Of a stretch of 64,000 nucleotides of DNA, positions 34,934 to 49,395 are shown piece after piece. This DNA is from Oopsacas minuta (taxonomy: Eukaryota > Animalia > Porifera). How positions within the stretch are numbered: position 1 is the first letter of the stretch; every line of letters starts with the position of its first letter. A model generated the notes under the pieces. The model ran no database searches and was not told the DNA's origin. It saw only the letters and a list, made by a program, of their open reading frames with translations. The stretch lies in NCBI GenBank assembly GCA_024704765.1, contig JAKMXF010000311.1, forward strand, positions 310,001-374,000. Direction: 5' to 3'. The position numbers were made by a program, and so were the translations under genes.

Positions 34934-37900
34934 TTATAAATCAGATATTGTTGTTGACTTTTTAGTCGCGAAATGACGTCTTGAGGCTTGTGCATGCTGA
35001 CTCGGATTTTGTACATAAACAGTAGCAGCTCGTTGAGGTGAAGTTCTCATGTTATAAGGCCAAGATGCTGTTTGTTGTCCACGTGATTCGGGGCTCGATG
35101 GGTGGGAAAAATACCCATAGGGTGTAGGAGCACTATAAACCTGTGCAGTACGACTAGGCTGTATCGAATGGTTAAATCGTGAGCGTATAACATCCAGTGA
35201 ATCAGAACTACGGCCTATATAACCTACATCCAGTAGTCTATCTGTTTGTCTACTGTATGGCTCAAGATTATGTAACTTCTCCTGACTATTGTGAGATATA
35301 CCCGCCGGATATGATTGGTGCTTTTTGGCAGCATTTTGCTGTATGATCCGTTGCTTAGTGTGTGTTCGTTGTACACGTGCATATTGCTGGGGGTTATTCG
35401 TAATATTTGCTAAATCGTACGGATTAGCTTGTGGATAATGGTAATACGAGGGTATCGATTCGTTGTACTCGTGTTGCCTCCTCATTTCATCAATAGCAGT
35501 AGCGTTTATATAAGACAATTTTCTACCGTATCCTTGTTGCAGGAAGTTCTGTATTGGGGGATCGGGGGCTGTTCGTATCGGACGGTTTATTACAGGAATT
35601 GAATGGTGACTTGAGCATTCACTTTCCGCTATGAAATCTCTTTCTATTTCTATAGCTGATACAGGGGATTCAACTGTCTCAAGTGTAACTTGGTCCTTTT
35701 GTGGAGCTTGTAATTCTGCGGTTTTTAACTCCTCTGTGTTTTGATGGGCTGTCTGTTCGTGACGACTTGACCCACTGAATATTCTCCTTAGAGTTGTACC
35801 TACATTTAGTGCACAGCCAGTAGAATCTCCCACACGTACCGGTATGTTGCTGTCCGCAGATTTACGGGAAATTGTCTCGTCTTTTAGGGAATTCTTAGAA
35901 GAACTCTTAGATGAACTTTTGAACCCGAAAAAACGTTTTTTCCTCTGTAGTGTATTGTCAGGTGATGTGAGTAGGTCTTCACTTGAAAATGGATCAGGTG
36001 AACTCCTGTAATTCGATTTATTCTCTTCCTTCAACTTTTGTAAAGTTGGTAAGAAATCGAATTCATCATTCGCATTTATATCTCTTTGCGAATCATTTAC
36101 AAGGGAAATTTCAGACTCAAGTAGTGAGGATTGATTCTGAAAGACGATTTCCCTGTTTCTCTCTGCAATAAGCATTTTTGATACAGGAATTTCATGTATA
36201 ACATCAATCTTGTGTTCAGCAATAGTCGGTATCCCTGGTTCACGTTGTGTAACCACTGTAGATGCTTCGTTTATCGTGGATAGCATTTCACCATTCGCGT
36301 CACCATGGAGATCTGCATCAAATGAGGAATTCTTCTCAATTGTAAGCTCTTTTGCTGGAAAATCTTTCGCATTAACTCGCGGTTCTTCAGGTGACGATTC
36401 TCCAACTGATTCCGGTTTTGTGTACGCTTTCTTACTCCGTTGTTTCGCAGGTAAACTAAATGTACGAAATACACCACGCTTCTTATTCTTACCTCCTTTA
36501 CTTTCCTTTATAATATGACCACTAATATTAACGAATTCTTCATTCATCTGTGACATACGATATTCATAGTCTTCTCTCACCAAATTTATTTGTTCATCAA
36601 ATTCATATTTAAGTTTATCGTACGCGTTTTCAATATTGGCGCCTTTTTCCTGTAGTATTATATTTTGCTTCTTTTCATCGTTCAGCTGTTCGGAGATTGT
36701 TTGTACATATTTCACCATGAATAGATAATTTACTGTTATTTCGCGTCCAGCAGTGGTCGCCCAATCCATTGGTGTCTGGTTATGATGGTCAGATGACCAT
36801 ATGTTAATCCTCGCGTCTTGTAACACCTGTAGACAATCAATATAGCCCTGCTGCGCTGCGAAATGTGCCGGTGTTACACCGTAAACATCTTGGATATCAG
36901 AATCCGCAATAGTATGCTTCTCTTTTAAATGGTCGAGCAGCCATTTTAGGATCATAGCTTGGCCAGTGAACGCGGCATGATGCAGTAATGTTTCACTTCC
37001 TAGCTCTACGATAGTAAGAGGAACCTTGGCATCTAACACGAGTATCTGTACACATTCTGAACTGCCGTTACGTATAGCCAAAATAGCAGGAACTAATCTA
37101 TCTTTATTTAGAGCTACACACGAACCTTCTGGAGCAAATAGCACTAACCATTTTAGACAGTTAGAATGCCCATGTTCTGAGGTTATGTGTATTAGATTTG
37201 ACTGTGTATTTTCCTCACTGAATGAGTAGAATGATTTGTATACAGAAGTCCGTTTGTCTATGAATTGAGGGTTTGCTGTGTGTTCTGCTAATAAGTATGT
37301 TTTGAGAGAATTGAGATCGCCGGTTTTTGCGGCTTGGACTCCTTTTTCGATTGTTGAAGGAGTAATTATGTTCCTGTCCACTTTTTCTAATGGTTTGTAT
37401 GTTTCAGAAAATTCAGATTTCTTGATAGAAATCTTCTCTCTTTTAGGAGAAATTACAGTTTTTGCCACTTCAGCATTTGTTTGATCTTTCGCGTTTGCTT
37501 TAAACTGTTCGCATTTTAACTCTTCAATCAATGCACTACGTATTGCTATAGGATCTACTGTAGACGGTTGAGGCTGTAATTGCCGAGGGGGTGTGTCTAA
37601 AACTGCAGAATTCCAAGTTCGTTTTGTGATTAGATTCTCCCTATCTTTGTATTTCTGCTCTCTGACTAACTTATCCTCTATCGGAATAATCTGTTTAGGT
37701 ACATATGATAATGTAGTGTCTGAGGAAGCATCTTGGTATTTGGAAATATATCTATGCTTCTTCTTGGTTTCATTCTCCTTCTCTTTAGGAATTACACTGC
37801 GATCACTTTCAAGTTTACTATCCAAGGATTTAGAGAAATTATTCGCGAGTACTTTGACCTTTGCGTGTTTAGGAAAACTACTATCAATACTCTTATAGCT

Positions 37901-39116
37901 GCCAGTTGTCATGGACCTTGACCTTTTGACAGCTGGGCCCCCTCTAAGACCTGTGATATCACGTAGCTCTTCCTCAGAGCTGGTTGGAGTGGGGAGTTTT
38001 CGTTGGTGAAGTTTTGAAGTGAAGGCTGAGTCACTGTCAATATTCGACCCCCTTAACTGTTCGATACTCTCTTCTCTACTTCGTAGTCCTGTGTCAAAAT
38101 CTAACTGATCAGCACTCAGAGATTTTCCAGGCAGCAGCCCTGTGAATGGATCAGAAACTCGTCTATTTTTAGATTTCTTTCTAGTACCTGTTAACGATAC
38201 ATAACTATCAATAGCTTGTCCTTCTCGTATATATTTAGAAGATTCTAGAATATCGTCACTACTATGACGTAATGGTGTAGTATATACAGGCTGTTGGTGT
38301 TCATACTCTTTTCTCTCTGGTTTAGATTCTACCATTATATCTGCTAGAGACAGCTGTTTAGGTAGAGTAGTAGTTGACGTCATGAATAATGATTTAGGGA
38401 GATCTGAATTATCTAGTTCGGAATTAGTTTCTACTCTATATTTACTAATGTGTTTACTGTAAGGGGGTGTAGTAGACCTCTTGGGCTTATGGGAGGATAT
38501 CAGTTTTGGTCGGGGTACTGCTAGTGACTTAGATCTTTGTACAGGGTTGTATACAGGATATGAAGTGTCCGGGTTACGCTTATGGCTGTATGTGCCTCTT
38601 ACTGGGGTGTTATGTAGTGTACCTATATGAATAAGAGCATTCAATAACCGCAGGGGCAATGTGTGTAATTATAGATTGTATAACTAATATACAGGACTTA
38701 CCATGGATGTGTTTAGGTACTGGAGGTAACGGATCATTAGGTTTCCTGCGTGCAGGAGATGCGTGCATATCTGGATAGTAACCTGCTTCTATAGATGATA
38801 AACATAAACATTTATAAATACTGGTTAATAGAATTGATATACCTGAAGGAGCTACTGCATAATTCCATTGTCTATGTATACCCCCAGCTATTCGTCTCTG
38901 TCCTGACGGATACCCTGCTTCATCTACTTGCTGTTGCCTCTGCATTTGTACAGGAACCTGATTATATTCAAACCATGGATACTGTTGTCGTCTGTACGGA
39001 TCAGCTGATGGGTTATAACCATATTGAGGGGGGGATTGCCCTCGTGTAGGAGGGCTCCTTGTAGTAGCCGGGGGGTAGTTGTAAGAGCGCTGGAATTGTG
39101 CAGCATAATCAGACAT
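34934..39116 (-). CDS. SNCAIP: Synphilin-1-like ankyrin-repeat/coiled-coil protein (approx 1350 aa)
   Basis: Exons 39116-38843, 38788-38702, 38622-34934. Ankyrin block LIHITSEHGHSNCL / LVPAILAIRNGSSECV / LLHHAAFTGQAMILKWLL / GVTPAHFAAQQGYIDCLQVL / NYLFMVKYVQTISEQL parallels synphilin-1 LLHIAASQGHAECL / LTPAGLAIKNGQLECV / LIHYAGCYGQEKILLWLL / AVHVASQHGYLGCIQTL / RYLVVVETCMSLASQV (recalled, not searched). Confidence 0.7.
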
Positions 39117-39266
39117 ATCACTAAGCTAACAACCAATAGGGTACATTGGAATTTATTAATAAATACTGCTATAAGAAAGCACAGCTATAGTATAATCTCA
39201 TATCAACAGACTAAATTGAACTATAATCACCTAAGCTAGAAATACAGTAATATCAGTTATGCTACC

Positions 39267-42200
39267 TCATAAATCCATATGCTGGGCAGAATTTTGAGAA
39301 TTTTGAGGATCAACTTCATCTGGTTCTGAATATGGTTCATCTGTTATATCGATATGTTGTTGTTTATCTTCATCATCTGATAAATCCAAATGTTGTTCTT
39401 GTTTATCTCGCCCATCAGCTGGTTGTTGTTGTTGTTGTTGTTGTTGTTGCATATCATCTGATAAATCAATGTGTGCTTCTTGTTTGTTTCCCTCATCAGC
39501 TGTTTGTTGTTGTTGATCAGAATAATCAATATCAATAATAGTATCATCATCCTTACTATCAGTATCATTATACTCATAAACAGGTCGTATTGGTATGTCA
39601 GTGGGTGGAGGGGCGGTCTCCAGTTCTTGAGCTTACCCATCATATATCTAAGCTCACTTGCTAGAGCATAATTCTGTGTTTCTACTAAGCTAACAGTTAA
39701 AGTAGGATTTTCGTATGGTTGTAGATTCGATTGCTCTTCTATAGCATTAGCTAGCCATTCTGTAGTCTGGTTGTATTGACGTATAATTGCTGAGTAGTCT
39801 GCATCTGTGAATACCATGGATGAGAGATTCAGGTATAACTGCATGTTACGGATAAAGTTATCCGTTGCATTTAGCGTATCGTTAAGCTTCTCTAAGGCTA
39901 GAGGATTGGAGTTTTATAAGGACTATAGCGTATAACTACAGGTTTGGGGACGATTACTTCAAGTGATTACGATTACGACCCATATTTTTAAGCGAATTCG
40001 ACTTAGGATAACTTCAATATTTGCCTGATTACATTTACGAATACGATTAGACTTATATATACTTTCAATTACGAGTAGGATTATGATTACAGGAGAATAT
40101 GTAATCGATTCTAAACCCGCTCTTAAGGATAATTATTAAATTTCATTCTCACCAGTAGGTAACTCTTTAGATTCTCTAAGTCTAATAAAGAAGTCTACTG
40201 TATGTGACTTCAGTTCTTGAAACTTATCATTATATTCCTCTTTAGGTGTATCTGCTCCCTGATCGAAGAACCATTCTGATATCTTTAATATTACATTAGC
40301 CATTTCTTCTCTTTGTTCCTCGCTTGTAAGAGCTAGTGTCTATGGAAATACAGTAGTAACAGTATAGTCAACTTCAGTAATATCGAAGCTCAAGGGACCG
40401 TGATAATTACTTCAATATAACCGATGAGATATATGTGTGTGTTACTTTGACGGTTTGGGACCCTACTTGTACAATCTAAGACTTCCATATAAGCGGTATT
40501 TTGATATATCCGTATTCGATATAACGAAAGTTGATTGTATTGGAATTCTGACGAAATATTTCTTAATAAAAATAAATACAAATTACAGTGAAACTCCGTT
40601 ACTACCAATACGGTTAATAAGAATTAAATAGGTTCTACTGTATCCTTTATTTAGAAATCACAAACTTACCTCATCTCTGAATAATCTCTCCTTCAAATCG
40701 TATATAAAAGCTTCTAGGTTATTTTGTGCTAGTTCTAACAGTCTCTTCTCTTCATCCTTAAGTGCTAGTGTAAGTAACTTCTGTTTAGATTGTGATATGT
40801 GTTCATATGATGGATCAGGGTAATCAAGATATAGTGTTATGATCTCAAGAGGGTATATCAATAATTCTGGCTTATTTGTGGATGGTGTTGTTGATTTGTT
40901 GCTTGAGTTTTTACTGTCTAGAGTCTCAGTAGTATTCTGAGAAGATTCTGTATTATTTTGCTTAGTGTCATTATTCGCATCTTCCGGTTGTTCAACTTTA
41001 TCGGTAGAACTAGAAAAATATCCTAAAATAGAGTCTAGCGTAGATTGCTCAACGGAAATCTTTTCAAACACAGCCTCAGCACTTGTACAGGAAAATAAAC
41101 CATTCTCATTGATAGAGAAATGAACTTTCACTCCTTTGAACTCTTCCTGACCATATTTGTTATGAGCATCCTCAACACCGTTAATTTCTATCCGCATTAT
41201 ATCTCTCCCATCAGGTGCTTCTCCTTGTGTTAGAACATCTTTATCATAGCTACTAAGCCATGATTGATCTAAAGTATATATTAATTTGTAAATGTAATCG
41301 ATTACAATATGATTACATTCTTTCAAATCTCTAATGATTACAGGGAATGTTGTAATCGCAATCAAAGCCTGGACTCATAACAGAGTCAATAATTAATCAA
41401 ATACTTACCGATAACATATGAAGCATGTAGCACTAGATTATTGGTAATATTCTTGAATGTCATTATTTTCTTTTGAGGTAGAATGTTAGAACGATAGAAG
41501 AGGTGTTTATGAACTATTTTAGTCTTGATATCTTCCTCAATCTCTTCTGTATCACTCACATTAGTAGCTGTAATTCTCTTTTCATAAGAAATCTAAATAA
41601 CAGTGCAGATAAACTAAAACGCCATCAATTGTTATTTTCGTCATAACAGTACATATACGTATATTACCTCTATGGGATATATGTTAGCATCTTGTAGCTG
41701 AAATTCACTAACTCTGAATCCTTTACTTAGAAAAGCTCCTTGATAGACCGCTCCCATAGCAGCTGATTCATCAGCATTTATTGTAGTTGTGAATTCAGTC
41801 TTACCTAATTCTGACAATACAATCTCACCGACCTAATGGAATCATATTAATACGATTACAGAAATGTGCAATCTATTGTAATCGACCAAACCCAGTTGTT
41901 TAAATACCTTTTTGAGTCTACTAGCCCCACCTACAGGTACAACCAAGTCAATCTCCTCTCTAGACAGCTTAGCAGCTTCTATAGCCTCACTAATAACCTC
42001 AGGTATCCTGTTGAATAAGGTAAACTCACAGAGAGATTCTAAATCACTACGTTTCACTAAGATCTTTAAATCCAAATCTCCTATCAGTGATTCAACATGT
42101 GCGTGATGTGCTGTGTTAGCATTAAGCACGTTCTTAACACGCTTAGCTTCTTTGGTTAGTTTAGCCATTGCTTTATGCGAATTTAGTATATCTATTTTGT

Positions 42201-43593
42201 TGTTTTTATCAGCTTGCTGTTTCTCAAACTCTACTGCAAGATGTCTAGCTAGTAATTGATCGATATGTGCTCCACCTATAGGAATATATCGCATACTTAC
42301 CAACCACAAATTACAAATTTCCCGAGGTTTCACGTTATTCCCACTTTCACACACGAAAATATCAAGAAATATAGCAAAATAGTAAATTTCTCGAGAATAT
42401 TCAAAATTTTCCATAGATTTTAGGTGAACCCTGGGAAGTTTGGCTTATATTGTATTGTATATGATAATAGTATTTTCCATATAATGTTTTGTCTATTATA
42501 ATAACAGCGGACTTACCTAGATTCCTATCAAATCCAGTTCCAAGTACAATAATCTTAGGTACAGTACTCTTGCCTTCTCCTGCTTCATACCTTACAATAC
42601 TAGCTATAGTAGAAGTAGCTCCCATGTCGTAGAATAGAACTACAATAGGTTTATCTTTATATACTGATTTCTGGAATGATCCGAAATGAAGAGCTACTGC
42701 TAGATTAGTATTCATCATCGTGAGTACCTGTATAATATATTGTATTAAGATCTGTTTGTTTGTTTGTTTCATGCATAAATAACATAATTACCTTAATACC
42801 AACAAGATCAGCTGATCTGAGTAGAGCTCTCCTCTGTGCTTGTGTAAAATAAGGAGGAACTGTAAGAACAATATCTTTAATAGGATGATACTCTGCGAAA
42901 TCTTCTGATAGCTGTCTTGAATGATTCAGCATCATAGCTAGAGTGTGATTTAATTACTAAATGTAGATAAATACAGTAATCGCCATAAACGGGGGGTCAG
43001 GGACGCCGAAAAATGTTATAAATATACAGGAATTTATGAGTACCGTTTTCCAGAGGATGGTGCTTATATCCGGTATCTACGTATATACTTACCTAACAGT
43101 TCTTCAGAAGAATACCCCGTACGATGAACTAGGTATTGAGGATACTCTGTATCAGGCTGTAACTGCAGTTCTGGGAAATTTTCTTGGAATTCTGTAACCA
43201 GAGGATTGGTGGGTAGAGCTCCCAACGTTCTGGTGAAGTATTTCTGGGTGAAAGCTGGTTTCTTTATACCAGCTGATAGAGACTCTTCTCCTGAGGAAAC
43301 ATAAAGTTAATAAGAGTATTTGTGTTAATATTAACTGACTTTTCAAAAACTAAAATTCCTGCTATTCTACCTATTAATCTCTCTTTTAAAGAAATATACA
43401 CACTCATAGGAGTCTTCCGTCTAGTTTCCTTATTGAGTACAATCTCCATAGGAACTCCTGGCTTAACTAATCCAATCCTCATCCATTCTGATCCAATATC
43501 TACCCCTAGTACAGCTAATCCTTCTACCTGCCTATACTCAATTACTAATAGGATTATTAGCTGTATTAATAGTAGTGTGTGGAGTAGCTTCAT
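39267..43593 (-). CDS. HYOU1: Hypoxia up-regulated protein 1 (GRP170, ER HSP70-family chaperone); C-terminal frame ambiguous
   Basis: Signal peptide then VDIGSEWMRIGLVKPGVPMEIVLNKETRRKTP; also FYDMGATST and INADESAAMGAVYQ. An acidic tail ending HMDL lies in the -1 frame relative to the last conserved exon. Confidence 0.93.
39423..39450 (-). repeat. (CAA)n poly-Gln tract within an approx 69-bp duplicated unit
   Basis: gttgtt... run on the plus strand; QQQQTADEGNKQEAHIDLSDD / QQQQPADGRDKQEQHLDLSDD duplication. Confidence 0.85.
39936..40100. mobile_element. GATTAC-rich element in a HYOU1 intron
   Basis: caggtttggggacgattac...gtaatcgattctaaacccg inverted ends; same motif set as 3791-4135. Confidence 0.5.
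40365..40537. mobile_element. Tigger/pogo-like MITE, family A
   Basis: TA-TAGTCAACTTC...GAAAGTTGATTG-TA, followed by a second short TACAGT...ACTGTA element at approx 40586-40640. Confidence 0.72.
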
Positions 43594-43865
43594 TGTAAGT
43601 ATTACGTATTATAGCTAGAATAGTTGTTATAAAGATTACATTACCATTGGTTATTAACCATGGATGGTGGATTAGTTTAAAATTGAATACTCCATAATGT
43701 ATATTGGCTTCCCATATAAATACATTATAGAGAGAGCACATATAACTCTAATGCAAATGGCTAGCCAACCAAATCTTAACATTTGCTATTATATTCAATT
43801 CAATAATTATATTGCAATAGTATTCTATAAATAAATATACAGCAAATATCATGGAGACGTCTATG

Positions 43866-46800
43866 TTATATTGGAATGTCAGGGGGAGGTGCTGGTATTC
43901 TAGCGATCTGATCAGCTGTAAGGTCACTGGAGTATGCGTTACGTGACGGAGGAGCGCTTGAGGGGTCGTCAGTTGGAGGATCAGATTGCCTCCCTTCTGA
44001 TTTGTTCTGTTCCTCTTTCCCAGATTTCTGTTTCTGGTCTTCAGCCTCTTCTGCAGCTGTTTTATCCGCACGGAAAAATACACGAGCAGAACTGAGGGAG
44101 AAATCAAGTAACTTGAATTCCTTATGGAACGTTTCTATTCGCCTTTGTGTGAATTCCATTGTTTGGTCTAGTTTTGAATCTGCTCGAGATAAACGTCTAT
44201 TCTCCTATAATGTTAATAGGAGTGTAATTGGTTGCAATTACACACAAATATCAAACATAGAGCCTGTACCGACATAATTTTCACTAAATAACTACAGTCA
44301 ATTATTGAGACTATTTCATCTATTTTAAGCAAAGAAAATTGTAAGGAAACAATCGCCTAAAATGAAAGGTGCAAATCACTACGAGTATACATGTAAAATT
44401 TAGTGTCATAATATCTAAAGGCGTTGACAGGAGCGTGAACACGTAACATACCTTCAATTTATCATAATCCTTCCCTTGCTTCTCCCTCACAGACTGAAAC
44501 CAGTGTAACGAATCAAATGCTGAATACTGATCAAATAATTTCAATATATAAGCTATTCCCATAGCAAATCCATCATCAGTAAACGCAGCTCCGTTTTTAT
44601 TCTTTTTATTCATTTTCTCTTTCGCATTTATTAGATGATCAACAAAGCATAACGTTAATGCTGGTATTATTATGTAGAAATGGTGCATGTGTCTATTTTT
44701 CTGTGAGCGGACTTCGTCAACAAAAACATCAACAAGCAGTTTGAAGTAGTCAGTGCCTTCTGCAAAATTTGTCGCCAAATCGCTAACAACTGCGTCCAGC
44801 TGTTTGCAAGAATCAAGTGTTTCTTGCGGTAGATTCGATTCCTGCCCTAATTCTTGGAAAGAGAATATATCCTCTAAGTCTGGTATAAATCTGATAGCAT
44901 TGCTTGTACAGTGTAGACCTCCTGATCGTATCATACGTATATATCCCATAGCATTTCCTATCTGTGTGATTACAATACGAAACTTGTCGAGGTAGGTAAT
45001 TCCATCTTCTGACATACCGAGCTTCCTGATTGACCGTGAGACCTTTTCGGCACGTTCGTGTGGGTATTTTTGATCGAGTTCATATTTCTGCTCACGATAG
45101 AATCGTATTTCCTTTATTAGCTTACCTTTTATATACTCATCACCAAGAAATTGCGAAAATATGTAGAATTTCTTTCGCAGGAACTGAAAAGTGAAATTCA
45201 CCGTAGTGTTCATAATCCCTATTCCATGTGTACGTATGGAATTTGATACATGACGTATGTTAATCGTGTCTAAATGCTTGTTGTCACTCTGTTGTTGTAT
45301 GAATATTTGGTTATTCAAGTTGTAGTAGTAATCTCTTACAAATACCTATAAACAATGGAACCTCGTTAATAAGAATTTCTGGATAAGACGAACTAAAATT
45401 TACAAAGATGGTTATTCAATTGGTATTACTCCTGTAAATACGAATATATTTATAGCAAAAAATAGACAAATTTCCCGAAAGGGTTGGTAAGCAAGAAATT
45501 CATATGCTCAGAATTGTGCATACAGGATCCCGCGGAAAATCTCCCATTACCTGTATATTTCGCATGATAACTAATACATCTAACCCCTGCTCTAACGTCT
45601 GACTAGGCAAATGAGGCTCTGTCATTTCAATACCATATTTCTGTCTAGCTAACTGTCTCATATCGCCGTATGTCTTCCAATCATGTAACGCTACTGTATT
45701 TAGGTTATAGAATGTTTGATCTAGATAGTGACGTAGATGTGCTTTCATATCCACGGTACGCGTGAATATTTCTATAGCAGGTAGTCGTATGAAGTGAGTA
45801 AGGTCAATAAGATCATCTCTTTGTTTGAAAGGGTTACGATCATCTAGTTTTAAATGTGTATGTATACTCAGTCTCAGGTCTGTTTCTACTTGATTACATA
45901 TAGGGTCTAGCAGCTTGTTACGGATATGCCAGTATGTTTGTTGTTCTGTTGCTTTCTCCAGAGCTCCTAAATAGAAAGTTGTGAATATATGATTATTCAT
46001 ATTATAACTCTGTGAAATTGTAACTCTCAGGCTCTGAAAATCTCAAATCTAACTAGACTTAGTTTTAGAACATACTTCCATATAAGGAGATATATACTCA
46101 TACTACCTTGCTCTAAATGCTTCCCATTAGCTAACAACTTTAAACAATCCTTAAGTGCATACAGCATATACTGTAGACGAGGTGCTTGTGCTGGGTGAGT
46201 TAGTAGATCATTTAGATATAGCGGTAGTAGTGTATCTCTATACCAGTATAGGAATGTAGTGTCAGTAGCTTGGTCTAACCAGGTTCGTATTTCTGCTATT
46301 GCTTCAGCTTTCTTCACCACTCCAGCTAGTTGTTGGGTCTCATCGTCTCGCATTATCCTCGTGCCAACCTGTGAGGCTATATGGAATGCTATCTTTGCTA
46401 TTATTCGTCGTGCTTCTGTACTAGGGCCTAGATATGGATAATATAATTTATAACTTATCCATAGTCCAGTAACATCATAGAAATAATATACATTTATCCA
46501 TCGTCCATTTTGAATCGAATACAGCGTAACCGCCAAAAATCTAATAATCATATATGCTACCTTGAAACATGTTCATCATAATCTCAAGTGAAGCTAATAC
46601 ATCCAAATCTTTAGGAGTATATCTCCTGTCAGAGCTCATCCTCTTCTTTACAGTACTGAGTGTAGATAATGCCATATACTGTAATCTCTGGTATATAATA
46701 GATAACAAGGGCGTTAGTCTACTCCATCTACGTTTGTATTGTGCTCTCAATGCTTGGAGGAGTTCTGCTGCTTTACATAGATTCAGAGCTGCGCTTTTAG

Positions 46801-49092
46801 TTATAGGCTTTTTCATGTGTGTATGTAGACCTAGAGTAACAGTATAAAGTAATGCAATAAAAGAGTATTAAATATTTAACCATGGATTGTGTATTTAGCT
46901 TATCTGCTTGGATGTTGTTCTGAGTCATTTTGAGGCACTCCTCGCTTGGTTGGATGGGGATTGTAATTGTATACAAAATAAACTAAACTAAATCTACCAT
47001 CCATAGTTTAATACAGTGGATGCCTGTTATAAGAACACGGAAGGACAATCCTGTGGAAACGGTTGTCATATATTCCTGGATATTTATACCGATTATAAGA
47101 ACATATATCGCTACTCCCAAGGGGGTTCTTATAACCGGCATACGCTGTACCCAACAGGGGACCATTTTGTTAAACAACTCACCAACTAGCATCTTAATCG
47201 TATTAGATAGATTGAATGCCTGCAGAGTTCCTTGTAGTATAAGATTAGTATGACTAGAGAGAAATCCTGATAGATTCTTAAAGCCAACATTAGAAACATT
47301 AGGGATATTAGAAATACGAATATTCCACTGAGTGAATTTCTGTCTAAAGTCTGCTACTTCCTGAGAGAAAGCTTGTGGTGTGTTCTGGAGATATTGCTGT
47401 CGAATTGTTGCTCCAGCGGAATACATTTTCTTATCAATAACCTTGTCTAAATCCGCTATAAATCGTTTCAAGAACTCGTCAGGTACCCATACTATCTGTC
47501 CTAAGATATTTATCACAGGTAACTTCTTGTGAGTATCCCATAACTGTTTTAATAGCTTCTTATCAAGCTCTTTAGAACGGAATACGAATGAGAATAAGGC
47601 AACTAAGCAGTAGAGACTAGGGAGTCTCTGTCTGTGATTTACTTCTCCTAGCTGTAGTATAAGATTTGATTATGAATTCAGTGAGGATTGTCAGATCAAA
47701 AAGAGAATTCATAGATATTTTTGGCTTTGAAAATGAACAAATGGCATGAGCTATGAACATGGTGAGTGCATCTGCAATACTTATGACGTATACTAAACTA
47801 CTGACACTTCTATTAAGGTTTGGTGATAAATCTGACAGGAAATTGGCTACTTTTACATACATTTGATCATAGAAATTGCTTCTTCAAAAACACATGAATA
47901 TTTCTCGACCGTATTCGGTTAATAAGAAACTTAAATTATACCTTCCCAATCTTAGGCTCAATCTGAGAGAGAAGAGAGCTGACAGATGTTTGTAACTCCT
48001 CAGCTACCATATAGTTTTGTGATACGTGTACTTGAGGGGAGTCAAAATCTTGACGGAGACATGTACGTAATATCTCACCTACAGCAAATTATATATAACA
48101 TAGCATTCTAATCATCGTATGCGAATCAGAATATATTAGTAAACCTTCCAGTAATTGTCCTTCCCATTTCTGCATTAACCTCTCAAACGGTTTAAGTTTA
48201 GTGTGATCTGTATCAGGGAATTGTCCAGGAGCTGCCTTCTGTATACTAATCAACAGTCTCTTATACTGATCCCAATGCTCTCTGAACTTAGCACTCGCAC
48301 CCTCTAGACCCTGTGGGGGTGATAGTGCAAGGTCTAGTGTGTATAACATGGCTAGACAGTCTCCTAGAGCTTCCCACATACTAGACAGATGTACATTATT
48401 AATACTGATCACAGGGGTATCTGATAGTCTGTTAGTGTTAGACTGTGGATAAAGGCTGCAAAACTGCCAGAGTATGTGCTTTACTGTATCATTTACTCGT
48501 GTTACAAAGCTGCTTAACTTATGGATTATGGATAGCATACGACCTGTAAGGAAATTGTAAGTTTGTAATCGTAATAATGATTACAGGAAAATCTGCTATC
48601 GATAAATATACCTAGTTTGACTTGAGCTTCTCCTTGCGCAGGTTCAGGTCTGTGAGTAGGATCTATCTTCACTGTTTTATCACTAATATCCTCATGTACA
48701 GGACCTTCTTCTTCGTACAGTAGTAAGGGAGGAAGTAGTGTCTCATATAACTCTCTTTTAAGCTGTTTAACCTCATAACATAGAACTGATAATACTACAA
48801 TTACTTTCGTGAGAACTACATTCTCTGTCTTAGCTAGTTGTATGAAATTTGTGTGTTCATGTGGTGTAAGATTCCAGTCTATCGGAGAGTTATACATACT
48901 GGAGTCTGTAGTATCAGGACCTGCTATGGAGAGATTACCGATTGATAGGGCTTCTTTCATGGCATATAGTTGAGCTGAATAATCTGATATGAATGTGAGG
49001 TAAGCCTTTTGTTCCTTCTCTATGGCAATTGTGTGTGAACCTTCATCAAATCCTGAAACCTCCCAGCCTTTTTCATTTGTTCTCTTTGCCAT
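43866..49092 (-). CDS. WASHC4: WASH complex subunit 4 (SWIP/KIAA1033)
   Basis: [84 protein letters not shown] and [18 protein letters not shown]. Confidence 0.96.
47014..47147. mobile_element. Family B MITE, cleanest copy
   Basis: 25-bp TIR with 4 mismatches (cagtggatgcctgttataagaacac / rc cagcgtatgccggttataagaaccc), TA on both sides. Confidence 0.75.
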
Positions 49093-49395
49093 TAACTTAG
49101 ATGTAGTAATACAAGAGATAGTAACTATTGCAAAATATAATCACTTTTTTGAGAAATATCGCGAGAACAATAAACCTGTTGAAAAGATTGCATGTCATAA
49201 TCTTAAAAGGTGTGGATTGTAGAGAGAACACAGAAAAACAAACTGTACAATTAATTATAACAGCAAATCAGAATATTATTCACAAGTTCCATAAAATAAT
49301 TACATCAAATATGAAATTCAAATATCTACGATTCTACATCAAAGCTGCTTTTATCAATACTCCGCTAACACATATTTACACGGATAATATAACAC

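Noticed and set aside
39600-39620. Programmed -1 ribosomal frameshift in HYOU1
   Set aside because: No X XXY YYZ slippery heptamer or obvious downstream pseudoknot; an indel or intron is simpler.
28129-49092. Functional clustering of BRK1 (WAVE) and WASHC4 (WASH)
   Set aside because: The genes are 15 kb apart, on opposite strands, with unrelated genes between; chance in a gene-dense genome.
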